Origin: a virus
Lineage: Duplodnaviria; Caudoviricetes
Reading direction: 5' to 3' (one strand)
Virus record (IMG/VR): IMGVR_UViG_3300037706_000119
Location: 1 to 35,497 of that record
DNA length: 35,497 bases
The stretch's first letter is position 1; each line of letters opens with the position of its first letter. This document shows, in pieces, positions 8,501 through 17,579 of the stretch. A model generated the notes under the pieces. That model was not told the origin of the DNA. It worked only from the letters and a program-made list of their open reading frames with translations, and did not search any database. The position numbers and the translations under genes are program-made.

Positions 8501-9703
8501 GTGGCTTCCGACCTAGCCAAAGTTCAAGCGATTGCCAAACGTATGTACTCGACCGACGCGATCGGGGAGCAGACGCGACGCGATCATGCTTTTCAGGAGA
8601 TGTTGAATCGAAAGCGTGCGTTCGGAGGTGAGGACTTCCGTTACATCGTGCGCTACGCAAACCCGCAGTCGGTGTCGGGCGACTTCACCAGCGCCCGCAC
8701 GCAGGCTGCTGGCGCGTCGTCGAAGGTCAAGCAGTTCGCGACGGGCCCCGGCCTGAAGTACTGCATCGTCCAGATCGACGGCCCGTCGCTGCGCAGGCTC
8801 GGCGGTGGGGCGCAGTCGTTCATCAACCACGTCACGATGGAGTTCGACGGCGCGCTCGAGGAGGCGGCCGACTCCATCGCATTCGACTCGCTGGGGCCCG
8901 GCCACGGGATGCGCGGACAGATCGCGTCCGTCGCGAGCCTCGTGCTGACGCTCGTCGACGCCGACAGCGCCCGCAACTTCAAGGAGGGAATGACCATCAT
9001 CAATGACACGGTGGCAACCGGCGCATCGCCGGACGCTGGCGTGACCACTGTGACGGCGGTGGACGAGGACCTCGGCACCATCACGGTGGTGGACGCGACG
9101 GGCTTCACCGCGAACGACTTCCTGTTCCGCCAGGGCGACCCGGGCACCGTGGTCGACTCGCTCGAGCAGATCATCCCGCTCGCCGCTCCGGTGCTGGGCG
9201 TGGACTCGTTCCGCGGCGTCGACCGCGGGCCGGATCCGCGGCGTCTCGCTGGCGTGCGTGTCAACGACACGTCGCTCCTCATCGAGGAGACCACGGGGCT
9301 CATCGCGGTGCGAGCCAAGCAGGGCGGCAAGAAGATGAACTGCGCCTTCTGGAACCCGATCAAGTTCCACGAGTTCACCCGAAGGATGAACGCGAAGGTC
9401 GAGTTCCAGAGCGCGGGCGGCACCGCGGACTACGGCTTCGAGTACGTCATGATCCACACCTCCGCGGGTGTGCTCAAGGTCTACTCGGAGCCCGACCTTC
9501 GGCCCAGCCGCGTCTTCGTCGGCAAGATGAGCAGCATCGAGGTCCGCCACCTGATGGACGGGCTCCCCGACTGGCTCAACGACGACGGGCTCGGCAAGAC
9601 CGTGCGCATGTCCGACGCCGACGCCATCGAGGCCCGCATCGGCGCCCAGCACCAGCTGATCGTCACGCAGCCGGGTGAGTGGGGGATCGGGGCCGTCGGA
9701 TGA
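8501..9703 (+). CDS. Major capsid protein
   Basis: 400 aa after the scaffold; AAAGGAG SD, GTG start, strong codon bias; assigned mainly by size and position. Confidence 0.82.
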   Translation: MASDLAKVQAIAKRMYSTDAIGEQTRRDHAFQEMLNRKRAFGGEDFRYIVRYANPQSVSGDFTSARTQAAGASSKVKQFATGPGLKYCIVQIDGPSLRRLGGGAQSFINHVTMEFDGALEEAADSIAFDSLGPGHGMRGQIASVASLVLTLVDADSARNFKEGMTIINDTVATGASPDAGVTTVTAVDEDLGTITVVDATGFTANDFLFRQGDPGTVVDSLEQIIPLAAPVLGVDSFRGVDRGPDPRRLAGVRVNDTSLLIEETTGLIAVRAKQGGKKMNCAFWNPIKFHEFTRRMNAKVEFQSAGGTADYGFEYVMIHTSAGVLKVYSEPDLRPSRVFVGKMSSIEVRHLMDGLPDWLNDDGLGKTVRMSDADAIEARIGAQHQLIVTQPGEWGIGAVG

Positions 9704-10122
9704 AGGACGGAACCAGGGTCCTCTCCCAGCCATCCGGCTTGATGCTGGTGGTCATTCGCATGATCGGGACCGCAGGCCCGGCCGCGCCGACGATCCAGAT
9801 GGGGCCGCGCGGCGAGCCGCCGACGGGAGGGTCGGCTGGCGTCACGTCGGCCCGCTCGGGCGCCGGGACCTACTCGCTCGACTTCGGCACCGAGAAGCCG
9901 GGCAAGTTGGTGTCGTGGTTTCACGGGTACGGCAACACCACCGGCGCCTCTGGCACCGGCGTGGCCAAGCATCCCGTCATCGACACCGACTCGATGGATG
10001 GGGCCGACAACATCCTGAACTACCAGGTGGTGGCCACGGACACCGGCGTGGCCGCGGAGTTGGCGGCCACGGACACGATCTGCTTGCACCTCTTCTTCAA
10101 GCAGACCGGGGGCGGTATCTGA
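9700..10122 (+). CDS. Virion structural/decoration protein
   Basis: ATGA overlap with the capsid stop; Gly/Thr-rich beta character. Confidence 0.65.
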   Translation: MKDGTRVLSQPSGLMLVVIRMIGTAGPAAPTIQMGPRGEPPTGGSAGVTSARSGAGTYSLDFGTEKPGKLVSWFHGYGNTTGASGTGVAKHPVIDTDSMDGADNILNYQVVATDTGVAAELAATDTICLHLFFKQTGGGI

Positions 10123-10123
10123 G

Positions 10124-10813
10124 ATGGCTCGTCGTTTCTTCGTGTCGGCACTGCTCAGCCGCATCCGAACCGTGACCGACACGGAGGACGACGACCACGT
10201 CACAGACGCGTTTCTCAAGGCCCAGCTCTCGACCATCTACGGCCAGTTGTGGGGCGTGGTGGTCGAGACTGGCCTTCGCTATTTCGAGACCCGGGTGACG
10301 CTTGTCTCCGACGGGTCCAACGTGCTCGACGAGCCGGCGGACATCTTCTGCCACGTCGGGCTCGACTACCTGGAGCCCACGGGCCGGCGGCGCGAGCTCA
10401 CGGAGCTGATGGCGCAGGAGCGCACGTGGGCCAACCAGCCGTGGATCACCGGCACGTACGGTCGGTTCTTCGAGCTCATCGATGACCAGTTCCTGCTCTA
10501 CCCGACGCCGCAGACGGGGCAGAGCTACCAGCTGCTCTACATCCCCCAGCCGCCCGACCTCACCGCCGCAGACGACGCGGAGCTGGTGGACGTGGTGACG
10601 CCGGACGGGGAGGCGTTCCTCACGTACGGGGTGGCGGCCCTGGTGCACGCGCGCAAGGACCAGGACGCGACGATGATGCAGCAGGAGCGCGAGGCGGCCA
10701 AGGACCGGCTGTCCACGTGGGCTGCCATGCGCGCCTTTCACCAGCCCCGCCGGCGGGTGGTCCATCTCGAGGACTGCCCGGAGCCGGGCGACACCTTCTG
10801 GTGGACGCCATGA
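10124..10813 (+). CDS. Head-tail adaptor protein
   Basis: Size, position and FLLYPTP...YQLLYIPQP motif. Confidence 0.7.
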   Translation: MARRFFVSALLSRIRTVTDTEDDDHVTDAFLKAQLSTIYGQLWGVVVETGLRYFETRVTLVSDGSNVLDEPADIFCHVGLDYLEPTGRRRELTELMAQERTWANQPWITGTYGRFFELIDDQFLLYPTPQTGQSYQLLYIPQPPDLTAADDAELVDVVTPDGEAFLTYGVAALVHARKDQDATMMQQEREAAKDRLSTWAAMRAFHQPRRRVVHLEDCPEPGDTFWWTP

Positions 10814-11328
10814 GCCGGCGATTTCTCGCACCGGTCACCTCGCGCGTCGAGGACAAGACCGTGGACCAGATCTTGCGCAACCACGACGAGCGCATCCGCG
10901 AGCTCGCCGAGGCGGCTCGGGCGGAGGGACTACGGTGGCGTCTGTGGGCCGGGACGGCCTTGCAGCCGTCGACGCAGGCGATCGCGTTCCAGCGCGCGAA
11001 TTCCATCTACATCGCAGGGGCGGCCTCCACTGCACTCCTGCCGTTCGACACCGACCCCGGCGAGAAGGTCGTAGCTGTTCATGCGCTGGTCCTGCCCACG
11101 GCGGCAGGGTCCATGTCGCTGCGAGTGCGGCTAGCGGATGGCGGGTCGGGTGCAGTGCAGTTCCTCGGGCCGACGGCTACTAGCCTGACCACCGCCAATG
11201 AGCTGCTGAGCTTGAATGGATTGGCGTCGCAGATCGAGCGCGGCACCTTTCGCGGCTACGAGATTCTGATCGGTCACGCTACCGCCGACCGGGTGTATGC
11301 GGTGGCCGTGGAGACGGAGCCCATCTGA
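10810..11328 (+). CDS. Putative virion protein
   Basis: Start at ATGA 10810; short coiled coil followed by a beta-rich domain. Confidence 0.65.
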   Translation: MSRRFLAPVTSRVEDKTVDQILRNHDERIRELAEAARAEGLRWRLWAGTALQPSTQAIAFQRANSIYIAGAASTALLPFDTDPGEKVVAVHALVLPTAAGSMSLRVRLADGGSGAVQFLGPTATSLTTANELLSLNGLASQIERGTFRGYEILIGHATADRVYAVAVETEPI

Positions 11329-14300
11329 TGCCGCTCGACAAGCAGGTCGCGCACATCCCGCTGGCGTACGGGCTCCAGAGCAAGGTGGACTCGCGCGCGC
11401 TGTCGGCGCCGGCGCTGGCCATGGCGCGAGATGTCCAGTTCGAGGAGCTGGGAGGCATCCAGCCACGACTCCCGTTCCAGGCGATGTCGCTGTCCATTGT
11501 CGGCGGCGGGACCGTCACCGAGCCGCGGCGCCTGGCCGTCAACGGCGATGAGCTGCTCCTGTTCACGCGCACGGCCCTCTACTCGTGGTCGGAGCGCGAT
11601 CAGGCGTGGTCGCTCCGGGGCGAGTACCTGGCGCCCGACGTACAGGAGGAGCAGGTCTTCGGCCGCTCGGAGGACCAGGTGTTCGCGGACCGCGCGGAGC
11701 TGGAGGGCGTCGCGGCCTTCACCTGGATCGATCGCGGTGCCGCTGATTCGGTCCTGGTGGCCGCGATCGACATAGAGACCGGCGCTGTTCTCCTGCCGCC
11801 AACCACCGTCGCCCCGGCGGGCCAGGTGCCGACCCGGCCGCGCGTGGTCGCACAGGCCACGCGTATCCTGCTCTCTTGGTTCGATGACACCGCGAACAAC
11901 ATCCGCGCGCTCCAGATCGACCCTGACAACGTGGCGACGTCTGTCGCCGCGGGCATTGCCGCGCCGATCGACGTGGCCGGCACCGCGCTGGCCTCGGGCA
12001 ACTACGATGTCGTTGTCCTTCCATCCAACGGCGCGGCCTACTTCGCGGTCGACCTCACCGCCGGCAACGGGTACCTGGCTGTTAGCCTGACTGACGCCGC
12101 GGTCTTCACGCGTGTGTCGAAGGCATTCACTGCGGTGGAGATCGCCTGCGCTCTCTCGCCCGATGGAACCCAGATGTTTGTGGTCCGCTACGACGACGGC
12201 GCCAACCTGATCCGCGCCGACCGCCACAGCGCCTCCACTCTGGCCACCATCGCCTCGGCGATCAGCCTGGGCGCGCCCAACTCGATCACTGTCCACAACA
12301 TCGCCTGCGCGTTCCGGTCGGTCCAGGACTCGGGGCAGTTCCGCTGCTACGTCTGGTGGTCGTCGGGCGCCCTGGGCGGGTTCAGCCTCCTGACCGAGCA
12401 AAACTTCGTGGACACGAACGGCACCGCCGGCACGAAGCTGAGCTTTGTGCGCGACATGGCGGTGGCGTCACGCGCCTTCGGCCATGACGGCCGCGTCTAC
12501 GTGTGGCTGGTCTTCGCGGGCGCCTCCATCGGCACGGGGGCCGGCGCGCCGGACGGCTTCCGTGCTGCCGTGCAGAACACGTACTTCCTGTACCGCGAGA
12601 CGGCCACCGCGTTCGACTGCTCTCCCATTGCCAAGGCGGCGTCGCTGCGCGCCGGCGGAGACCCGGCCTTCGAGCACCTCCCCGGCGTTCAGGATCTGGG
12701 CGGAGGAGAGTTCGTGTGGTGCGGCACCGAGCGGCAGATCATCCCGATCGGCACGGAGCAGGACGCGTACAGCGACCGCAACCCGCTCGCCATCCGGCTG
12801 CGCTTCGATCGGGACGAGGCGCGCCGGTGCGTCCGGCTGGGGCGGACGCTCTACGTCACAGGGGGCCAGATCCTCCAGTACGACGGCGCGCTGCTGACCG
12901 AGGTCGGATTCCACACCTTCCCCTATCGCCTGAATGCCTCGGTTGGCTCAGGCGGAACGCTCGATGCTGGCACATACGCCTACCGGACGACGTGTCGCTG
13001 GCCCAACGCGGCGGGCGAGGTGGACCGCTCGACCACGGCGACCACGGCGACAGCGGTCGCGGCCGCCGGCCAGCAGGCAACCCTGACCATGGTCCCGGTC
13101 CGCCCCACGCTGAAGCGTACGCCGCTGGCCACCCCGGCGACGTTCGAGGTGTGGCGCACGCGCCGGAATCCTGCCCCCCCGTCGCCGGTCTTCCATCGCG
13201 CGTCGAGCAACGACCCAGCCGTCAACGCAGGCGACAACCAGTATCTACGAAACAGCCAGTCCGCCGCGACCATCACGTTCGTGGACGATCTGGTCGATGC
13301 CGACCTCGCGCTCCGGGAGACCAGCCAGGAGAACGGGGGCGTGTTGCCGTTTCTCGCCCCGCCGCCGGCCACCATCATCGAGGCGACCCAGGACCGGATC
13401 ATCCTCTCGGGCATCGCGGACCGGCCCAACGCGGTCCACTACAGCCGGCTCCGCAACGACGGCGAGGTTGCCTCGTTCCACGGCTTGCTCCGCCTCGAGC
13501 TGCCGCCCATTGGCGGGCGCAACACCGCGGTGGGCTTCCTCAACGAGACCATGGTCGTCTTCCAGGAGACGGCGATCTTCGCGGTGGCCGGCGACGGCTT
13601 CGGCAACGTGATCGGCCAGGGCGCCAACTACGGGCCGGGCCGGCTCATCTCGTCCGACCTCGGCGCCGAGAGCCAGGAGGCTGTCGCTTTCACGCCGAGC
13701 GGGCTCATGTTCAAATCGCGCAAGGGCTGGTACGTCATGGCCGACTGGGGACCGCCCCGGTACATCGGCGCTGACGTGGCGGCCTTCGACTCCGAAGCCG
13801 TGCTCGGGATCCAGGTCGTCGAGAGCCAGCACCACATCCGCGTCCTCGCCTCGGGCCGGATGCTCATCTGGGACTACGAGGCCGACCAGTGGGCCGAGTG
13901 GCCGATCGCCGACATCGCGCACGGCGTGCTCTGGGGCGGACAGCACGTCATCGTCGCCAACGACCAGGTCCAGGTCCAGTCGGACACGCCCGGCGCGCCG
14001 GTTCAACTCGACATCGAGACGGCGTGGATCAAGCTGGCCGACCTGCAGGGCTACCAGCGGATGTGGGAGCTGATGCTGCTCGCCGAGTTTCGCTCCGCGT
14101 GTCGTGTGCGCTGGCGCCTCAAGAAGGACTACGACGAGGACGTCTACTTTCAGGACAAGACGCTGCCGGTCACCACGACGGTGGTTGGCAACCGCGTGCA
14201 GATGAGGCTCCGGCCGGCGGTGCAGCAGTGCCAGGCCATGAAGGTGCGGCTCACGGTGCTGCACGAGTCGCTGGATCAAGCGCCGGCTGGTGAGGGGCTG

Positions 14301-14378
14301 CGACTCACCGGGCTCGGCATCCAGTACGGCGTCCAGCGCGGACTCTACAAGCGGCTCAGCGCCGCGCAGTCGGGGTGA
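11328..14378 (+). CDS. Tail tubular/stabilization protein (P22 gp10 / T7 gp12 analogue)
   Basis: 1016-aa beta-rich protein after the adaptor; C-terminal WDYEADQWAEW and IETAWIKL segments. Confidence 0.75.
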   Translation: MPLDKQVAHIPLAYGLQSKVDSRALSAPALAMARDVQFEELGGIQPRLPFQAMSLSIVGGGTVTEPRRLAVNGDELLLFTRTALYSWSERDQAWSLRGEYLAPDVQEEQVFGRSEDQVFADRAELEGVAAFTWIDRGAADSVLVAAIDIETGAVLLPPTTVAPAGQVPTRPRVVAQATRILLSWFDDTANNIRALQIDPDNVATSVAAGIAAPIDVAGTALASGNYDVVVLPSNGAAYFAVDLTAGNGYLAVSLTDAAVFTRVSKAFTAVEIACALSPDGTQMFVVRYDDGANLIRADRHSASTLATIASAISLGAPNSITVHNIACAFRSVQDSGQFRCYVWWSSGALGGFSLLTEQNFVDTNGTAGTKLSFVRDMAVASRAFGHDGRVYVWLVFAGASIGTGAGAPDGFRAAVQNTYFLYRETATAFDCSPIAKAASLRAGGDPAFEHLPGVQDLGGGEFVWCGTERQIIPIGTEQDAYSDRNPLAIRLRFDRDEARRCVRLGRTLYVTGGQILQYDGALLTEVGFHTFPYRLNASVGSGGTLDAGTYAYRTTCRWPNAAGEVDRSTTATTATAVAAAGQQATLTMVPVRPTLKRTPLATPATFEVWRTRRNPAPPSPVFHRASSNDPAVNAGDNQYLRNSQSAATITFVDDLVDADLALRETSQENGGVLPFLAPPPATIIEATQDRIILSGIADRPNAVHYSRLRNDGEVASFHGLLRLELPPIGGRNTAVGFLNETMVVFQETAIFAVAGDGFGNVIGQGANYGPGRLISSDLGAESQEAVAFTPSGLMFKSRKGWYVMADWGPPRYIGADVAAFDSEAVLGIQVVESQHHIRVLASGRMLIWDYEADQWAEWPIADIAHGVLWGGQHVIVANDQVQVQSDTPGAPVQLDIETAWIKLADLQGYQRMWELMLLAEFRSACRVRWRLKKDYDEDVYFQDKTLPVTTTVVGNRVQMRLRPAVQQCQAMKVRLTVLHESLDQAPAGEGLRLTGLGIQYGVQRGLYKRLSAAQSG

Positions 14379-14381
14379 CAC

Positions 14382-15542
14382 ATGGTCTTCGGTCTGGATT
14401 GGGGAGACATCAAGGACGTTGGGCTCACGACGCTCGGTGGCGGCATGATCCCCGGGCAGGCTGCCCTGGCCGGCAAGGTGGCCGGCCCCCACCTGGGTGG
14501 CGTGGACGACTTCTTCAGCCGGTCGGCGCGCGCTGAGGGGCTGTACGGCGGCGTCGACCCCAACAGGGACCTCGAGTCGGCCGCTGGACGCGCGTCGGCG
14601 TTCGGCAGCCGCGGGGCGCAGAACTACCAGCAGGCAGGGCGGGACCTCGAGAGCCAGCGCGCCCGGATGCAGGGTCTGTCCAACCAGTACGGCCGCCTGT
14701 CCGGGCAGTACGGCCAGCAGTTCGGGGGCATCGCCGATCGCTACGGCCGGATCGCTCAGGGGCAGGACTCCATCTCCGCCGAGCAGCTGCGCCAGGGGCT
14801 GCAGCAGCAACAGGCGGCCCAGATGTCCATGGCAGCCGGCGCGCGCCCGCAGGATGCCTCGATGGCCGCCCTGGGCGCCGCCCGCAACATGGGTGACGCC
14901 GCCGCCGGCATGAGCGGACAGGCCGCGATGGCTGGCCTGCAGGAGAGGCGCGATGCGCTGGGCGCACAGCTCGGAGCGCTCGGCGCTGGCTCGCAGGCAC
15001 AGCAGGGCTTCATGGGCGGGCAGGCCGGGCTCCAGGGCGCGATGCAGCAGGGCCTGCTCACCGGCCGCGGCCAGGATGCGAACGTGGCGCTGGGCGGGCA
15101 GGGGCTGGCGATGCAGGGCTACGGCGGCATCGAGAATGCCCGCACGGACCGCTACCGCGCGGTCATGGGAGCGCCGACGCCCGGCGAGCAGATCCTGGGC
15201 GGCGTCCAGGACCTCGGCAACACGTTCATGAAGAACGGCGGGCTGGCGATGGTCTCCGACCGCCGAGCCAAGACGGACATCGTGGACGGCGACGACGACG
15301 CCGAGCAGCTGCTCAAGGGACTGAGGTCGTCCCGGTGGCGCTACAAGGACGAGCGCGATGGGAAGGGCGAGTTCGTGACGCCGATGGCGCAGGACCTCGA
15401 GCGCACCCGCGCGGGCCGCGCTGCGGTCATCCAGGGGCCCGACGGCAAGAAGGTCGTCCACGGCGCCAGGCTCGCCATGGCCCTCGCGGGCGCCGCGGGC
15501 AACCTCGACCGCAGGCTCCGCACGCTGGAGGGGAAGAAGTAG
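14382..15542 (+). CDS. Gly/Gln/Ala-rich putative ejection protein with C-terminal peptidase S74 chaperone domain
   Basis: SDRRAKTDI...RWRYK...MAQDLE and terminal coiled coil match the intramolecular chaperone pattern. Confidence 0.8.
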   Translation: MVFGLDWGDIKDVGLTTLGGGMIPGQAALAGKVAGPHLGGVDDFFSRSARAEGLYGGVDPNRDLESAAGRASAFGSRGAQNYQQAGRDLESQRARMQGLSNQYGRLSGQYGQQFGGIADRYGRIAQGQDSISAEQLRQGLQQQQAAQMSMAAGARPQDASMAALGAARNMGDAAAGMSGQAAMAGLQERRDALGAQLGALGAGSQAQQGFMGGQAGLQGAMQQGLLTGRGQDANVALGGQGLAMQGYGGIENARTDRYRAVMGAPTPGEQILGGVQDLGNTFMKNGGLAMVSDRRAKTDIVDGDDDAEQLLKGLRSSRWRYKDERDGKGEFVTPMAQDLERTRAGRAAVIQGPDGKKVVHGARLAMALAGAAGNLDRRLRTLEGKK

Positions 15543-15545
15543 CCC

Positions 15546-17579
15546 GTGGCCACAAACCTCCCATACCCGGAGGAGCCGCTCGTGGACCCCGAGCAGGGGC
15601 TCGGCCTGTCCGCAGGCTGGGAACCCCCTGCCCACTGGTTCGAGGGCGTCGAGCCGGCGCCGGAGATGGCGTTCGGGGGAGCTCCCCCGGCGCCGCTCGA
15701 CGCCCCGCTCGAGGGAGACTGGGTGCCGAGCGACTGGTACCAGCCGCAGGCGCTGGAGGGCGTGCGAGAGCAGCTCTACGCGCCGCAGGCTCCGGCCCCG
15801 CTCGACGGCGAGGAGCCGCTGCCCTACCAGGCGGCCCCGCAGCAGCAGCCGGCCCCGATGCCGTGGGAGCCAGGCCAGCCGAGCCCCGAAGAGCAGCGCT
15901 ACGCCGCCATGCCGGAGGAGGACTTGGCCGCGGAGCAGTCCCGGCAGAGGTCGGCCCAGGAGCAGCACGTCGCGCGCCGCACGATGGAGGAGTTCGACCG
16001 CAACCGGAGCGAGGTAAGCGCGAACCACACCGCCCTTCGGGATGGCGCGATGGAGGCCCGCCGCGAGTTGCTCGCCATTGACGGCGACCTGCGCGAGCTC
16101 TCCGGCAAGAGCATCGACACCAACCGCTGGTGGAACTCGCGATCGACCGGCCAGAAGGTCGCGGCCTACGCCAGCGCCTTCATCGGTGGCCTGTTCAAGG
16201 TCCACAACCAGGGGCGCAACTCAACGCTGGAGATGATCGACGGAGCGATCGACGCCGACGTCGAGGCTCAGAAGGCGGACATCATGAACCGCCGCGGCAT
16301 CCTCGAGCAGAGGCGGGGACTGGTGGGCGAGCTGTACGCGAAGACCGGCGACATGTACCGAGCGGCTGAGACGGCCCGGATCGCGATGCTCGACGGCGTC
16401 GAGAAGCAGATCATGGCCGAGGCGGCCCAACTGGACCCGCGCGGCACGCAGGCGGCCAATGCCGTTGCGGCGGCCAATGCGGTGCGCGCGGCCAAGGAGG
16501 AGCGCCGGATGACTATGGAGCAGGTGCTCCACGAGCGCGCCATGGACAAGGCGCGTCTCAACCTGCAACGCGCACAGCTGGCCCAGGGCCGGCAACAGCA
16601 CGCCCGCGAGGAGGCCCGCTACCAGTCCGAGCACGGGGTGGTCTACGACGACAAGGCCGGGCGGTACCAGCCGGACCCGACGGCGCCGCCGCCGAAGGAG
16701 AAGCCGAGCGACACGCTGGCGAGGATGGAGATCGAGTCGAAGACCCGTGGGGTCCAGGTCACCGACAGCCGGGGCCAGGTCATCGGCGAGGCCCGCGGCG
16801 GCCCGGCGGCCGGCGAGGAGATCCGCAAGGACGTGGCCGGCTACGAGGAGTTTCGCACGGCGCTGGGCGACCTCAACGACCGCATCGCCGCCACCGTGCA
16901 GAAGTACGGCGGGCTCGGCTCGGACCGCTGGAAGCCAGAGGACGTGGCGGCCATCGAGGCCCTGCACAAGCCCCTCGTGTTCAAGCTCGCCCGCGCCATG
17001 AACGGGCCGGGGCCGCTGTCGCAGGCGGACGTCGACGCGGCGAAGGGCTCGGTGCCGACTCTCGACACGTGGACCACGTCTCGCAAGCCGGGCGCGGTCT
17101 ACGACGCGATGGTGGCCAAGGCGGACACCGAGCTCAACAAGCGCCTCGGCGTTCAGGTCATCGGCTTCGACGCGTCGAAGAGCCCGACCGCCCGATACCA
17201 GTCCATGGATCGGCTGAAGGAGAAGCCGGGCGAGGCGGACACGCGTGAGGGCCTGCTCAAGCGAGCCGGTGATCCGATCACTCCGCTGAGCAAGGCCGAC
17301 CCCGACATCCGCCGCGCCGCGATCGCGGGGCGTATTGCCGTGCTGGACGACCTGCGCGACCGCAAGGAGGGGCTGTCAGAGGACGACGTGGCCGACCTCC
17401 GCGCGAAGTTCGCCAGGGAACTGGCGCAGGGCGACCTGTCCACGGAGGAGCACGCCGGGCTCGTCGAGTACCTCGAGGTGCAGGGCGGCATGGGCCAGCG
17501 CCGCCGGCGGGGCCGCGAGTTCCAGGAGTCGGTGGCCAACCAGGACCTGTCCGCTCCTCGCGTGGGGCAGAGGCGGTAG
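15546..17579 (+). CDS. Putative internal virion/ejection protein
   Basis: Pro/Glu-rich N-terminus, helical body, position in the ejection cluster. Confidence 0.7.
   Translation: MATNLPYPEEPLVDPEQGLGLSAGWEPPAHWFEGVEPAPEMAFGGAPPAPLDAPLEGDWVPSDWYQPQALEGVREQLYAPQAPAPLDGEEPLPYQAAPQQQPAPMPWEPGQPSPEEQRYAAMPEEDLAAEQSRQRSAQEQHVARRTMEEFDRNRSEVSANHTALRDGAMEARRELLAIDGDLRELSGKSIDTNRWWNSRSTGQKVAAYASAFIGGLFKVHNQGRNSTLEMIDGAIDADVEAQKADIMNRRGILEQRRGLVGELYAKTGDMYRAAETARIAMLDGVEKQIMAEAAQLDPRGTQAANAVAAANAVRAAKEERRMTMEQVLHERAMDKARLNLQRAQLAQGRQQHAREEARYQSEHGVVYDDKAGRYQPDPTAPPPKEKPSDTLARMEIESKTRGVQVTDSRGQVIGEARGGPAAGEEIRKDVAGYEEFRTALGDLNDRIAATVQKYGGLGSDRWKPEDVAAIEALHKPLVFKLARAMNGPGPLSQADVDAAKGSVPTLDTWTTSRKPGAVYDAMVAKADTELNKRLGVQVIGFDASKSPTARYQSMDRLKEKPGEADTREGLLKRAGDPITPLSKADPDIRRAAIAGRIAVLDDLRDRKEGLSEDDVADLRAKFARELAQGDLSTEEHAGLVEYLEVQGGMGQRRRRGREFQESVANQDLSAPRVGQRR

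Noticed and set aside
2148-16205. Very long minus-strand ORFs (2148-4400, 4892-7627, 8513-9733, 13245-16205) and plus-strand 32838-34736
   Set aside because: Antisense shadows of GC3-biased genes; no motifs, and they fully overlap well-supported CDSs.
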